This document shows positions 39,182 to 49,600 of a stretch of 64,000 bases of DNA, piece after piece. The notes beneath the pieces are model-generated. The model did no database searches and was not told the DNA's origin. It saw only the letters and a program-made list of their open reading frames with translations. This DNA comes from an uncultured Bacilli bacterium. Lineage in GTDB: Bacteria; Bacillota_I; Bacilli_A; RF39; UBA660. The stretch spans positions 1,091-65,090 of the forward strand of contig CANPYM010000004.1 of assembly GCA_947588685.1 (NCBI GenBank), written 5' to 3'. The position numbers and the translations under genes are program-made. Each line of letters begins with the position of its first letter. Position 1 is the first letter of the stretch.

Positions 39182-40075
39182 ATGGCATTTAGAACAATTT
39201 ATATTGAAAAGGCTTTACGAGTTAAATTAGACTTGAACAATATTGTTGTATATTACGAAGATGACAATTATTATATTAGTATTGATGAAATTAGTACAAT
39301 TATTTTTGATGATCCAAGATGTAATATATCTTTACGATTACTATCAAAATTATGTGAGTCAGGTGTTAATGTAATATTTAATAATGCATCACATTTACCA
39401 ATTGGCTCATTACAAACATTATATAATCATACACGAGCATCTAAAAAAATAGAATTGCAAATGCATTGGAATGATCATGAGAAAATATTTTTGTGGACGA
39501 AAATTGTTGAACAAAAAATAAGTAGCCAAATTGCTACTTTAAAAGCTGTAGAAATTGATGATAAAGTATGCTTATTAAATGATATGTTAAAGGATATGAC
39601 TATTGGCGATTTAACAAATAAAGAAGGAATAGCTAGTCGTGTCTATTTTCGAGAACTTTTTGGTAATACTTTTAAAAGATTTAATGAAGATATTGTCAAT
39701 TATTGCTTAAATTATATATATCAAATTATTCGCTCAAAAATTGCTCAAGAAATAGTCGCTAGTGGATATGTACCAGCAATAGGAATATGCCATAAAAACG
39801 AATTTAATTGTTATAATTTGGCAGATGATTTTATTGAACCTTTTAGGCCGATTTGTGATTATTATGTTTATCATATTTTAAGTGACTGCGTTGATGATTA
39901 CTTAACTCCATCTATTAAAAGAGAAATTATCAATATCTTAAATAAAAATGTTTATTTTAAATCATCAATTTATAAAATTCACAATGTTATTTCTTTCTAC
40001 GTGCAATCATTATTTCGTTTCCTAGAGATTGGTGATATTGATGCTATAGCATTTCCCACTTTATGCATTCTATAA
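39182..40075 (+). CDS. cas1: type II Cas1
   Basis: EG.ASR.YF..LFG..F.R, N..LNY.Y, GICH.N..N..NLADDFIEPFRP. Confidence 0.96.
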   Translation: MAFRTIYIEKALRVKLDLNNIVVYYEDDNYYISIDEISTIIFDDPRCNISLRLLSKLCESGVNVIFNNASHLPIGSLQTLYNHTRASKKIELQMHWNDHEKIFLWTKIVEQKISSQIATLKAVEIDDKVCLLNDMLKDMTIGDLTNKEGIASRVYFRELFGNTFKRFNEDIVNYCLNYIYQIIRSKIAQEIVASGYVPAIGICHKNEFNCYNLADDFIEPFRPICDYYVYHILSDCVDDYLTPSIKREIINILNKNVYFKSSIYKIHNVISFYVQSLFRFLEIGDIDAIAFPTLCIL

Positions 40076-40419
40076 ATTTATATCGTCAAGTGCGACTTAT
40101 GCTGATTTATGATATACCAGTCGGCGAGGAAATTGAAAGAAAGAATTACAGCAAATTCCATAAAGATATAATAAGATTAGGCTTCCATATGCTTCAATAT
40201 TCCGTTTATACTAAAGTCATCTCTAATGACACTAATATGCATCAAAATATTTCTAGGGTTGAACGAATCTTACCTAAGTATGGTAATGTTATTGCTTTTA
40301 AAATTACTGAAAAACAATATCAAGATATGCTTTATTTGCGAGGTGAAAAAAATAAAGCTGATATTATTATTGGTAATAAAGAGCTAGTTATTTTTGGTGG
40401 TGATGATAAATTAATTTAA
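40063..40419 (+). CDS. cas2: type II Cas2
   Basis: LIYDIP, GFHMLQYSVY, ITEKQY motifs. Confidence 0.95.
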   Translation: MHSINLYRQVRLMLIYDIPVGEEIERKNYSKFHKDIIRLGFHMLQYSVYTKVISNDTNMHQNISRVERILPKYGNVIAFKITEKQYQDMLYLRGEKNKADIIIGNKELVIFGGDDKLI

Positions 40420-41291
40420 AAATAGTCGATACTGAAGAGTATTTAGAACCAATAAGAAAAGAAAACAAAATATATGTATTGAATAAAAAAGAACTATTTA
40501 AATTTTATTATAAATTTTATAAACTTATTGTGTTGAAAGATGAAAATATAAATATTAAAATAGGTGAAAAAACTTTAGAAAATAGGAATAGTATATTATT
40601 AAACTTAACGAGTTTTAACGAAATATTGAATAATTTAATGTTTAAAAAAGGGACGTTATTTTATGAATATATTGAAAATTGTTTACAGAATGTAGACTTT
40701 AATATTATTGAATCATTAAATGTAATATGTGATGACATAGGAAAATCCATAGTAGATCAAACGCATTTAGATATATCATATCAATTGGAAAATGATCTAG
40801 CCAAAAAGACTTTTGACCTAATAAAATTTAAATTTGCTCATTTGGAGTTGTTTGATAATTGTATTTTTGAACAGGTACTTAAAGATGTTATTGAAAAAAA
40901 CACTTCAAAACTTTTTATTATTTTTTATAATTCAGAAATAATGTCGCTCGATTTTTCTTTGCATAGTAACTGTTATACATTCGACGTTTCGGATACTACG
41001 TTAATTAGTGAATGTAATTTAATATGCAATGAAGGTGTGATTAATTTTAATGTGGAGACACTTCAAAACTATTTATATGATAATTGGCCTATCGATTTTA
41101 ATGCTAATGATGTTACTGCATATATAGATAGATATTATTTTTATTGTAAAATGAAAAGTAATATCTTTGCATATAACGATATAGAATACTTAGTTTACAA
41201 ACTATTATCAAAGTTAAATAATAATATGCCAATAGTATTGCCAAAGTATGTAATTTCTCATAATGTTAAAGCCTTTTTAGACATAATATAA
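40410..41291 (+). CDS. csn2: Csn2-like protein (type II-A), divergent
   Basis: Position between cas2 and the array and ~290-aa size; no strong motif. Frame is open from ATT 40410 (the track starts at TTG 40479). Confidence 0.65.
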   Translation: MNLKIVDTEEYLEPIRKENKIYVLNKKELFKFYYKFYKLIVLKDENINIKIGEKTLENRNSILLNLTSFNEILNNLMFKKGTLFYEYIENCLQNVDFNIIESLNVICDDIGKSIVDQTHLDISYQLENDLAKKTFDLIKFKFAHLELFDNCIFEQVLKDVIEKNTSKLFIIFYNSEIMSLDFSLHSNCYTFDVSDTTLISECNLICNEGVINFNVETLQNYLYDNWPIDFNANDVTAYIDRYYFYCKMKSNIFAYNDIEYLVYKLLSKLNNNMPIVLPKYVISHNVKAFLDII

Positions 41292-41306
41292 TAAGTGTGA
41301 TATAAT
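41278..41306 (+). promoter_or_regulatory. CRISPR array promoter overlapping the csn2 stop
   Basis: TAGACA-17-TATAAT with extended TG. Confidence 0.75.
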
Positions 41307-41314
41307 TTTTATAG

Positions 41315-41614
41315 GTTTTAGGATCCTGTGTAATTTGAGATAGTGAAAACTATTTTATAAAATTTCTATGCTTTCAGTAAGTTTTAGGATCCTGTGTAAT
41401 TTGAGATAGTGAAAACTTTATCGCCAACTTTTAAAGCGCTTGGTACGTTTTAGGATCCTGTGTAATTTGAGATAGTGAAAACTCAATTCCTAATGTACTA
41501 GGACTAATTAAAGTTTTAGGATCCTGTGTAATTTGAGATAGTGAAAACCTTACAATATACCACAAATCAAGAGTATCAGTTTTAGGATTCTGTGTAATTT
41601 GAAATGGTGTATGA
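41315..41614 (+). CRISPR. CRISPR array: 36-nt repeat GTTTTAGGATCCTGTGTAATTTGAGATAGTGAAAAC x4 plus 1 degenerate, four 30-nt spacers
   Basis: Repeats start at 41315, 41381, 41447, 41513 and 41579 (degenerate); period 66 nt. Confidence 0.98.
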
Positions 41615-41671
41615 TGCTATATATCACTAAAATATTTTGCATTTAACTTTATAAAATATGCACACCAAAGC

Positions 41672-41704
41672 AAAAAGAGAAAAATAATATTTTTTCTCTT
41701 TTTT
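41672..41704. terminator. bidirectional terminator between the array and rpmB
   Basis: AAAAAGAGAAAAA-loop-TTTTTCTCTTTTT. Confidence 0.7.
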
Positions 41705-41736
41705 ATATGTTTAAAAAACTAATTAAAAAAGCTACC

Positions 41737-41919
41737 TTAAGCAGCTTTACGGTCTAACTTTGATAATGTTCTTTTTTCTCTTGCACTCGTACGGAATTTA
41801 GTTCCATCAGCTAGAGTAACAGTTACCATATTAACTTTTTGTTGGTGCTTTGTCGCACGACAAGAATGTGACCGTCTATTACCAGCAAGTGGCTTTTTAC
41901 TTGTTAATTTTGTTGCCAT
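41737..41919 (-). CDS. rpmB: 50S ribosomal protein L28
   Basis: GNRRSHS.RATK...KVN motif; GGAGG RBS. Confidence 0.93.
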   Translation of the reverse strand: MATKLTSKKPLAGNRRSHSCRATKHQQKVNMVTVTLADGTKFRTSAREKRTLSKLDRKAA

Positions 41920-42005
41920 AAATAACCTCCATTCAAAGTTTTTTTCTTCCTACGCCTTTTGATTTTAACATATAACGCTAGGAAAGTCAAATGTTTTTGT
42001 ACCTT

Positions 42006-42461
42006 TTAGGCACACCAAAAGATATTTTTATCGGGAATTGTTCCTAGGAAATCATTTAACTTAGGTGAATCCATAATTGATACCGAATATGATGTATTAT
42101 CATTTAATACGATGCGGTAGTTAAGACCCGTTTTATTATCAAACGGATAATTCTTTATTTCATTGATAAGACTTTGTATATCGTAGTCATATTCACCTTT
42201 AGATATAAGAGGATCTTCGCCCTCGGGATAGGCGCCTTTTAGGATTTCGTATGTATTGTCATCATAAATAACTAAGACATTCGAAAAACAGTTCATTGAT
42301 ACATCAGCAATGCTAAGAAGTTTTTCTCTTTCTTGCTCTTCTTTTTCTTCTACTTTAGGAATGTCGCTACTACTTTTCTCACTCTTTAAAACATTAATCG
42401 CTATTGCTAGACTTAAACTGATTGTTGCCATAACGATAATGGCTATCATTAACTTTTTCAT
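42006..42461 (-). CDS. hypothetical membrane-anchored/secreted protein
   Basis: N-terminal signal/TM segment, 151 aa. Confidence 0.65.
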   Translation of the reverse strand: MKKLMIAIIVMATISLSLAIAINVLKSEKSSSDIPKVEEKEEQEREKLLSIADVSMNCFSNVLVIYDDNTYEILKGAYPEGEDPLISKGEYDYDIQSLINEIKNYPFDNKTGLNYRIVLNDNTSYSVSIMDSPKLNDFLGTIPDKNIFWCA

Positions 42462-42559
42462 ATCTCACCATTTTTATTATAAAGTAATGTTTAAAACTCG
42501 TCAATGCTCTATTTAAAAAACCTAGGAAATATAGTAAAATAAATGTAGGAGGGTTAATA

Positions 42560-45490
42560 ATGAGCTATGTTCCACTTTATATTAAAACGGATAATTCGCT
42601 ACAACAATCTTTAATTAAGATTGATGATTTAATTAATAAAGCTAAAGAATATGGCCTTAAGGCCCTTACCATTACCGATAATAATATGTATGGGGTAATG
42701 GATTTTTATCACGCTTGTCTTAAAAATGATATTAAACCGATTATTGGTTTAGAGATAACTTGTGAGAAAAATACGCTTGTTTTATATTGTATGAATTATC
42801 AAGGATATCAAAACTTAATCAAGTTATGTACGATTATGTCGAGCCGGGAGTTAACTTTAACTGATCTTGAAACTTATGCGGAAAATATCCTTTGTCTTCT
42901 TCCTTATGGTTCTTCATCGTTACTTGATAGTGTTAAAAAAATATATAAGTATGTTTTTAGAACTTATCAAAATGCTGATGAAAAAAAAGAATTATCAAGT
43001 GATGCTTTATTTATGCGCGAGACATTATATCTAAATAAAGAAGACAGTCGCTATTATAAGTATTTAAAAGCTGTTAAAGATGGGGTTAGTGTTGATAACA
43101 TCAGTACGGATAAGTTAAATAATTATTTACTTTCTTATGATGAAGTCCAAACTTTAGATGACTTAAAAAATAATGAACGCATAGATGAATTATGCTCTTT
43201 AGAGATTCCTTTTCATCAAAAATTAATGCCTATTTTTAAAAATGATGAAGGACTAGATAGTTATACTTTCTTAAAAAGAAAATGTATTGAAGGCTTAAAG
43301 AAAAAGTTTGGTGAGCGAGTTAGTAGCGTCTATCAAAATCGCTTGAAGTATGAACTTGATGTCATAAATAAAATGGGGTTTTGTGATTACTTTTTAATTG
43401 TCTATGATTACATTAAATATAGTAAAGAACATAATATTATCGTTGGCCCTGGAAGAGGTAGTGCGGTTGGATCGTTAGTTGCTTATTGCCTTGATATAAC
43501 AGAGATTGATCCCATTAAATATGATTTGTTGTTTGAACGTTTCTTAAATGTCGAACGGGTTAGCATGCCCGATATTGATATTGACTTTGAACACCTACGC
43601 CGGGAAGAAGTTATCAACTATTGTATGGAAAAGTATGGCCTTAAATCGGTCGCTCCTATTATTAGTTTTGGAACATTAGGGCCTAAACAAGCTGTTCGGG
43701 ATGTAGGAAGATGTATGGATATTGCTCCGAATATTGTTGATGGTTTGTGTAAGATTTTAGATTCGCGCCTTTCCTTAAAAGAAAATCAACAAAATCCTAA
43801 AGTTCAAAAATATCTCGAACGTTATGATAATTTAGAGGTTTTATATAAAATGGCGATGCGGTTTGAAGGTTTAAAGAGACATACGAGTATTCACGCATCA
43901 GGTGTTGTTATGTCTGAGTGTGCCTTGGATGATGTTATCCCTCTTGATCAAGGTCATAACAGTTTTTATACGAGTGGCTATGATATGACCTATTTAGAAG
44001 AGATTGGTTTACTAAAGATGGATTTCTTAGCTATCAAGTATTTGACAATTATTCATGAGATTATCGATGATGTAAACCGTACCTGTCAAGCATCGTTAAC
44101 TTTCGATAATATTCCTTTTAATGACCGAAAAGCGATGAAAATTATGGAAGAAGGTAATACTTTAGGAATCTTCCAATTCGAGTCAGAAGGGATGATTAAT
44201 TTCTTAAAACAATTAAAGATTACTTCCTTTGATGACATCTGCGCCGCGATTGCATTATATCGACCAGGTCCTATGAACAATATTCCTCTTTATATCAAAA
44301 GAAAAAATAGTGAAGAGAAAATTGATTACATCGACGATTCTTTAAAACCTATTTTAAAGTCAACTTATGGGATTATGATCTATCAAGAGCAAATTATGCA
44401 GATAGCTAATGTTATGGCTGATTACTCTTTAGGAGAAGCCGATATTTTAAGAAAAGCGATGAGTAAAAAGAAGAAAGATTTACTTCTTCAAGAAGAAAAA
44501 CGCTTTAAAGAACGTAGCCTTAAAAAGGGATATGCGAAAGATACGGTTGATAAAGTGTATGCGATGATGCTAAAGTTTGCGGAATATGGCTTTAATAAAT
44601 CCCATTCCGTAGGTTATTCATTAGTCGCTTATCGAATGGCTTACTTAAAAGCGCATTATCCTGAAATATTTATATCTAATCTATTATCGACCGAGATGAA
44701 TGATGATAGTAAATGTAAAAGATATATTTATGAATGTAAGAAAATGGGCATTACGGTTTTACCACCTGATATCAATCTTAGTGGAACGAAGTATCTTAAA
44801 GAAAAGAATGGCATTAGATATCCTTTAAATAGTATTAAAAACTTAGGTATTAATGCTTCTTCAACCATTATGGAAGCAAGATCATCCGGCCCTTTTGCCA
44901 ATATTTTTGACTTTGTTAAAAGATGTTATGGTAATGTGGTCAATAAAAAAACCCTTGAGTCACTTATTTATGCTGGCGTCTTTGATAGTTTTAATATTAA
45001 CCGGGCGACTTTAATTAATAATCTTGATGCGATTATCGGCTATGGTGAGTTAATTAAAGATTTGGATGAAGAGTTTGCTTTAAAGCCAGAAATTACCAGT
45101 TATCCTGAATACGATAGTAAGTTTATTATGGCCAAAGAATTAGAATTATTCGGATTATATTTAAGTCGGCATCCGGTTACGGATTTAAGAGTTAAATACC
45201 CAAATAGTGTTCCTTTAAGTGAAGTAAATCAACACTTCGATAAGTTTATCAATATTATTGCCTATGTCGACCAAATAAGAGAAATAACGACGAAGAAGGG
45301 TGATAAAATGGCTTTTATCGTGGGTAGTGATGAACTAGCTACGCTAGATATAACGCTATTCCCTAAAATATATAAAGATAACATACGTATTCAAAAGGGT
45401 GATGTTATTGCCGTTTATGGTCATATTGAGAAAAGATATGATAAATATCAAATAATTGCTAGTAAAATAGCAAAGCTAAAAACTGATTAA
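42560..45490 (+). CDS. dnaE: DNA polymerase III alpha subunit DnaE
   Basis: GPGRGSA, RVSMPDIDID, LLKMDFL, YGFNKSHS motifs. Confidence 0.97.
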   Translation: MSYVPLYIKTDNSLQQSLIKIDDLINKAKEYGLKALTITDNNMYGVMDFYHACLKNDIKPIIGLEITCEKNTLVLYCMNYQGYQNLIKLCTIMSSRELTLTDLETYAENILCLLPYGSSSLLDSVKKIYKYVFRTYQNADEKKELSSDALFMRETLYLNKEDSRYYKYLKAVKDGVSVDNISTDKLNNYLLSYDEVQTLDDLKNNERIDELCSLEIPFHQKLMPIFKNDEGLDSYTFLKRKCIEGLKKKFGERVSSVYQNRLKYELDVINKMGFCDYFLIVYDYIKYSKEHNIIVGPGRGSAVGSLVAYCLDITEIDPIKYDLLFERFLNVERVSMPDIDIDFEHLRREEVINYCMEKYGLKSVAPIISFGTLGPKQAVRDVGRCMDIAPNIVDGLCKILDSRLSLKENQQNPKVQKYLERYDNLEVLYKMAMRFEGLKRHTSIHASGVVMSECALDDVIPLDQGHNSFYTSGYDMTYLEEIGLLKMDFLAIKYLTIIHEIIDDVNRTCQASLTFDNIPFNDRKAMKIMEEGNTLGIFQFESEGMINFLKQLKITSFDDICAAIALYRPGPMNNIPLYIKRKNSEEKIDYIDDSLKPILKSTYGIMIYQEQIMQIANVMADYSLGEADILRKAMSKKKKDLLLQEEKRFKERSLKKGYAKDTVDKVYAMMLKFAEYGFNKSHSVGYSLVAYRMAYLKAHYPEIFISNLLSTEMNDDSKCKRYIYECKKMGITVLPPDINLSGTKYLKEKNGIRYPLNSIKNLGINASSTIMEARSSGPFANIFDFVKRCYGNVVNKKTLESLIYAGVFDSFNINRATLINNLDAIIGYGELIKDLDEEFALKPEITSYPEYDSKFIMAKELELFGLYLSRHPVTDLRVKYPNSVPLSEVNQHFDKFINIIAYVDQIREITTKKGDKMAFIVGSDELATLDITLFPKIYKDNIRIQKGDVIAVYGHIEKRYDKYQIIASKIAKLKTD

Positions 45491-45560
45491 AGACTTTTCT
45501 TTTTAGCGTAAATATGTTAAAATTATTTATAATGAAGTATACTAAGAGGAGGTATCCGAT

Positions 45561-45977
45561 ATGGGATTTATGAAAAAAATATTTGAAGGTGACGAAGAGA
45601 AAGACATCTTCAATGATGATGAGAGTCAATTTTATGAAGTAGATACCAAAGAATTAGAAGAAATGGCTGATAAAAATGGGGGAGCGAAGATGATTCTTTT
45701 GGAACCTCGAGCTTTTTCAGAATCACAACAAATTGCTGATCATTTAAAGAAAAGAAATACGGTCGTTATCAATTTAAGACGTGTTACAAGTGATCAAGCT
45801 AAAAGAATTATTGACTTTGTAAGTGGATCTATTTATGCCCTTAAAGGCCATATTGAAAAGATTGGTAGTGGCATTTTCTTATGTACACCAAACAATGTTA
45901 ATATTCAAGGTAAGATATCTACAGAAAAAGAATCAAAAGAAGTATACAACAATGATGATATTGAAATTGATTGGTAA
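45561..45977 (+). CDS. sepF: cell division protein SepF
   Basis: N-terminal amphipathic MGFMKKIF; [22 protein letters not shown]. Confidence 0.95.
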   Translation: MGFMKKIFEGDEEKDIFNDDESQFYEVDTKELEEMADKNGGAKMILLEPRAFSESQQIADHLKKRNTVVINLRRVTSDQAKRIIDFVSGSIYALKGHIEKIGSGIFLCTPNNVNIQGKISTEKESKEVYNNDDIEIDW

Positions 45978-46032
45978 GTATTGAAATTATTGAATACTTA
46001 TGTTAGAATATCACAGGTAATGAGGTGAACTT

Positions 46033-46428
46033 ATGGATAAATTTACGTCCACTATTCGCGGTTATGATAAAGGCGAAGTTAATAAGTTTATCGATGAAGT
46101 TATCGTTCAAGTTGAAACAATGGTTAAAGAAATCGAAGAAAAAGATAAGAAGATTAAAAAGCTGCAATCTTTAGTTAAAGAAAACCAGGCGGCAATGAAA
46201 AAAATGCTTGCCGAAATGGATAAATTACACAAACAAGTAAAGACTTTAGAGGAAAAAGAGGAACTAGCTCATCAGTATGATGTGACGGTATCCGAATTAA
46301 AGAAAGCTAAAGAAGAAGCAGAAAGAACCATTAAGAAAGCTCAAAAACGAAGTGATGAAATTATCAAAGAAGCTGAAGAGCGAGCTGATGAGATTATCAA
46401 AGAAAGTTTGACGAGCGTAAGTGAATAA
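46033..46428 (+). CDS. divIVA: DivIVA domain protein
   Basis: F...RGYD..EV..F.D plus coiled coil; sepF-divIVA-ileS synteny. Confidence 0.88.
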   Translation: MDKFTSTIRGYDKGEVNKFIDEVIVQVETMVKEIEEKDKKIKKLQSLVKENQAAMKKMLAEMDKLHKQVKTLEEKEELAHQYDVTVSELKKAKEEAERTIKKAQKRSDEIIKEAEERADEIIKESLTSVSE

Positions 46429-46431
46429 TTG

Positions 46432-46635
46432 CAAGTGAAAGAGACGGTATTTATAGCGCTTTAAGAGAGTCTATGGTTGGTGCGAATAGATAAGTTAAGT
46501 AAATACGGATCACTCTGGATGCAAAACCGGTAACGCGTTATAGTTATTAGTGCATAATAAAGTATTATGAAATAGGATGGTACCACGGCCTTGTTCGTTC
46601 CTATACGTAATACTTTTTATTTGTTATAAAGGAGT
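46432..46635 (+). ncRNA. T-box riboswitch (Ile)
   Basis: AGAGAG and GGTGCGA stem-I motifs, ATC specifier in GGATCACTC, T-box ATAGGATGGTACCACGG. Confidence 0.9.
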
Positions 46636-46641
46636 GATAAG

Positions 46642-49600
46642 ATGAAAAATTTTAAAGAATTAGACAAACGCCCTGTTAGTGAAGTTGAAGATAGTATTAG
46701 AGCTTCTTGGGGTAGTATCAATGATATGCATAATAAACAAGTAGAAATGCATAAGGATGATGAGACTTTTGTCTTCTATGATGGGCCTGCCTTTGCTAAT
46801 GGGTTCCCAGGCCTACATCATATGGTTAGTAAAAACCTTAAAGATGCCGTAACTAAATACCAAGTTATGAATGGTAAGAAAGTTATTCGTAAAATCGGTT
46901 GGGATACACATGGCTTACCAATTGAAAATCACGTTGAGAAAAAACTTGGTATTTCATCTAAAAAAGAGATTGAAGAATTAGGTGTAGCTAAGTTTAATGA
47001 AGAATGCCGTCATAGTGTTCGGGAAAATGAATCAGCCTTTACTGATTTAACTAGTAAAATGGGTCAATTCTTTGATGTTGAACATCCATATTTAACTTAT
47101 AAGAATGAATACATTGAAACCGAATGGTGGATTTTAAAACAGATGTATGAAAAAGATATGTTCTATGAAGGAACAAGGGTTGTACCTTATTGTCCACACT
47201 GTGGAACAGGGCTAGCTAGTCATGAGGTTGCGCAAAACTATCAAACTGATACCGCTATTACTGTTTATGTACCATTTAAAAAGAAAGACGAAGATGTATA
47301 TTTCTTAGTTTGGACAACAACCCCTTGGACTTTAATTGCCAATGTCGCTTTATGTGTTCATCCTGATGAAGATTATGTTTTAGCTGAATCTAAAGGTCAT
47401 AAGTTTATCTTAGCTAAAGCTTTACTTAGCCAAGTTTTAGGTGATGAAGCAACTGTTTTAGAAACATATAAAGGTAAAGATTTAGAATATGTTGAATATG
47501 AACAATTAATTCCATCTTTTGATGTTGATAAAAAAGCTTTCTATGTAACGTGTGATGAATATGTAACGATGGAAGATGGTACGGGTATCGTTCATATTGC
47601 TCCAGCCTTTGGTGAGGATGATGCTAATGTCGGTAAGAAATATGATCTTCCATACTTAAATCCGGTTGGTAAAGATGGTTGCTACGTCGGGGGAATGTGG
47701 GATGGCCGTTTTGTTCACGATGTTAATGAAGACGTTGTTGAATATTTAAAGGCTAACGATAAGTTATTCCGTCGTCAAAAGATTAGCCACGAATATCCAC
47801 ATTGCTGGCGATGTGATACACCACTTATCTATTATTCAATGCCAAGTTATTATATTAAAGTAAGTGAGATGACAGATGATCTTGTTAAGGCTAACGCTGA
47901 AGTTAATTGGTATCCAGCACACGTTGGTGAGAAAAGATTTGCTAACTGGTTAGCTAATGCTAGAGATTGGAATGTCTCACGGAGTCGTTATTGGGGTAGT
48001 CCAATCCCATACTTTAAGTGTGAATGTGGCTATAATCATATGGTTGGTTCGATTGCCGAATTAAAAGAAATGGCTACTAAAGGAATTGGTGATGACTTTG
48101 ATTTACATAAACCATATATTGATGAAGTTCATCTAAAATGTCCAAAATGTGGTGGGGAAATGACTAGAATACCAGATGTTTTGGATTGTTGGTTTGACTC
48201 TGGTTCTATGCCTTTTGCCCAATATCATTACCCATTTGAGAATAAAGAATTATGGGAAAGCCAATTCCCAGCTGATTTTATCTGTGAAGGAATCGATCAA
48301 ACTAGAGGTTGGTTTTACACTTTACTTATCATTTCTGTCTTTGTCAAGGGTGTCTCACCATTTAAGAATGTTCTAGTAAACGATTTATTACTCGATGCTG
48401 AAGGTAAGAAAATGAGTAAATCACGTGGTAACATTGTCGAACCATTTACAACCATTAAAGACTATGGTGCTGACACAGTTAGATTCTATCTTCTTTATGT
48501 CTCACCAGTATGGACGCCATTAAAGTTTGATATGGCTGGTTTAAAAGAAGTTTATTCAAAGTTCTTTAACCCATTAAAGAATACATATAGCTTCTTTGCT
48601 ATGTACGCTAATATCGATGCAATCGATACGGATGAATGCAATATTGAATATAGTAAAAGAGAAGAAATTGACCGGTGGTTATTATCTAAATATAATAAAC
48701 TAGTTCGGGATGTTAGAGCTGATTTTGATGAATATGATTTAAATAAAGTTGTTCATCATCTAGCTAACTTTGTATCTGATGATTTATCTAACTGGTATAT
48801 TAGACGTAATCGTAACCGTTTCTGGGGCAGTGAATTAGATGATTCTAAGAAGAGTGTTTACCGGACAACTTATGAAGTATTAACGAGCTTAGCTAAGTTA
48901 ATCGCTCCAATCACCCCATTCTTATCTGAGGAATTATATCGTAATTTAACTGGTGAAGAATCTGTTCATTTTGCTAGTTATCCTGTATGTGATGAGTCTT
49001 TAATTGATGAACACGTTGAAGAAAGAATGGATCTTGTAAGAAGCTTAATTTCCGTTGGCCGTTTTGTTCGGGAAGAGACAAAAATTAAAGTTCGTCAACC
49101 ACTTAAAGAAGCTCTAATTGATGGTAAAAATAAAGATTTAATTGAAGATTTAGTACCTTTAATTAGTGAAGAGTTAAATATTAAAGAAGTTCTATTTGTC
49201 GATGATTTAAATGAATATATGAATATTTCTTTAAAACCTAACTTCAAAGAAGTGGGTAAAGTTTTAGGTTCTCTTATGAAAGAGTTCCAAGAAAAACTTG
49301 CATCTTTAAGCTTAGATGAAGTTAATCTTCTTCAAAAAGGCGAGACTATCAAGATGACTTTAGGTGGAGAGGAAAAAGAGATCACTCCTAATATGATTGA
49401 TATTCGTATTTCTAGCAAGGAAGGCTTTAATGTCGGTATGGAAAACAATAATTTTATGATTATTGATACAACTTTAACTGATGACTTAATTTTAGAAGGT
49501 ATTGCTAGAGAACTTGTTTCCAAAGTTCAAAACTTAAGAAAACAAAGTGATTTTGAAATAACCGATCGCATTAAACTATATTATCATAGTGATGATTTAG

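Noticed and set aside
27620-41700. Prophage or ICE as origin of the accessory region
   Set aside because: No integrase, transposase, relaxase, phage structural genes or att repeats were seen; it looks like a mosaic hotspot.
42560-42700. Missing metal-ligand histidines in the DnaE PHP domain
   Set aside because: Degenerate PHP domains are common in DnaE of PolC-containing Bacilli; the polymerase motifs are intact.
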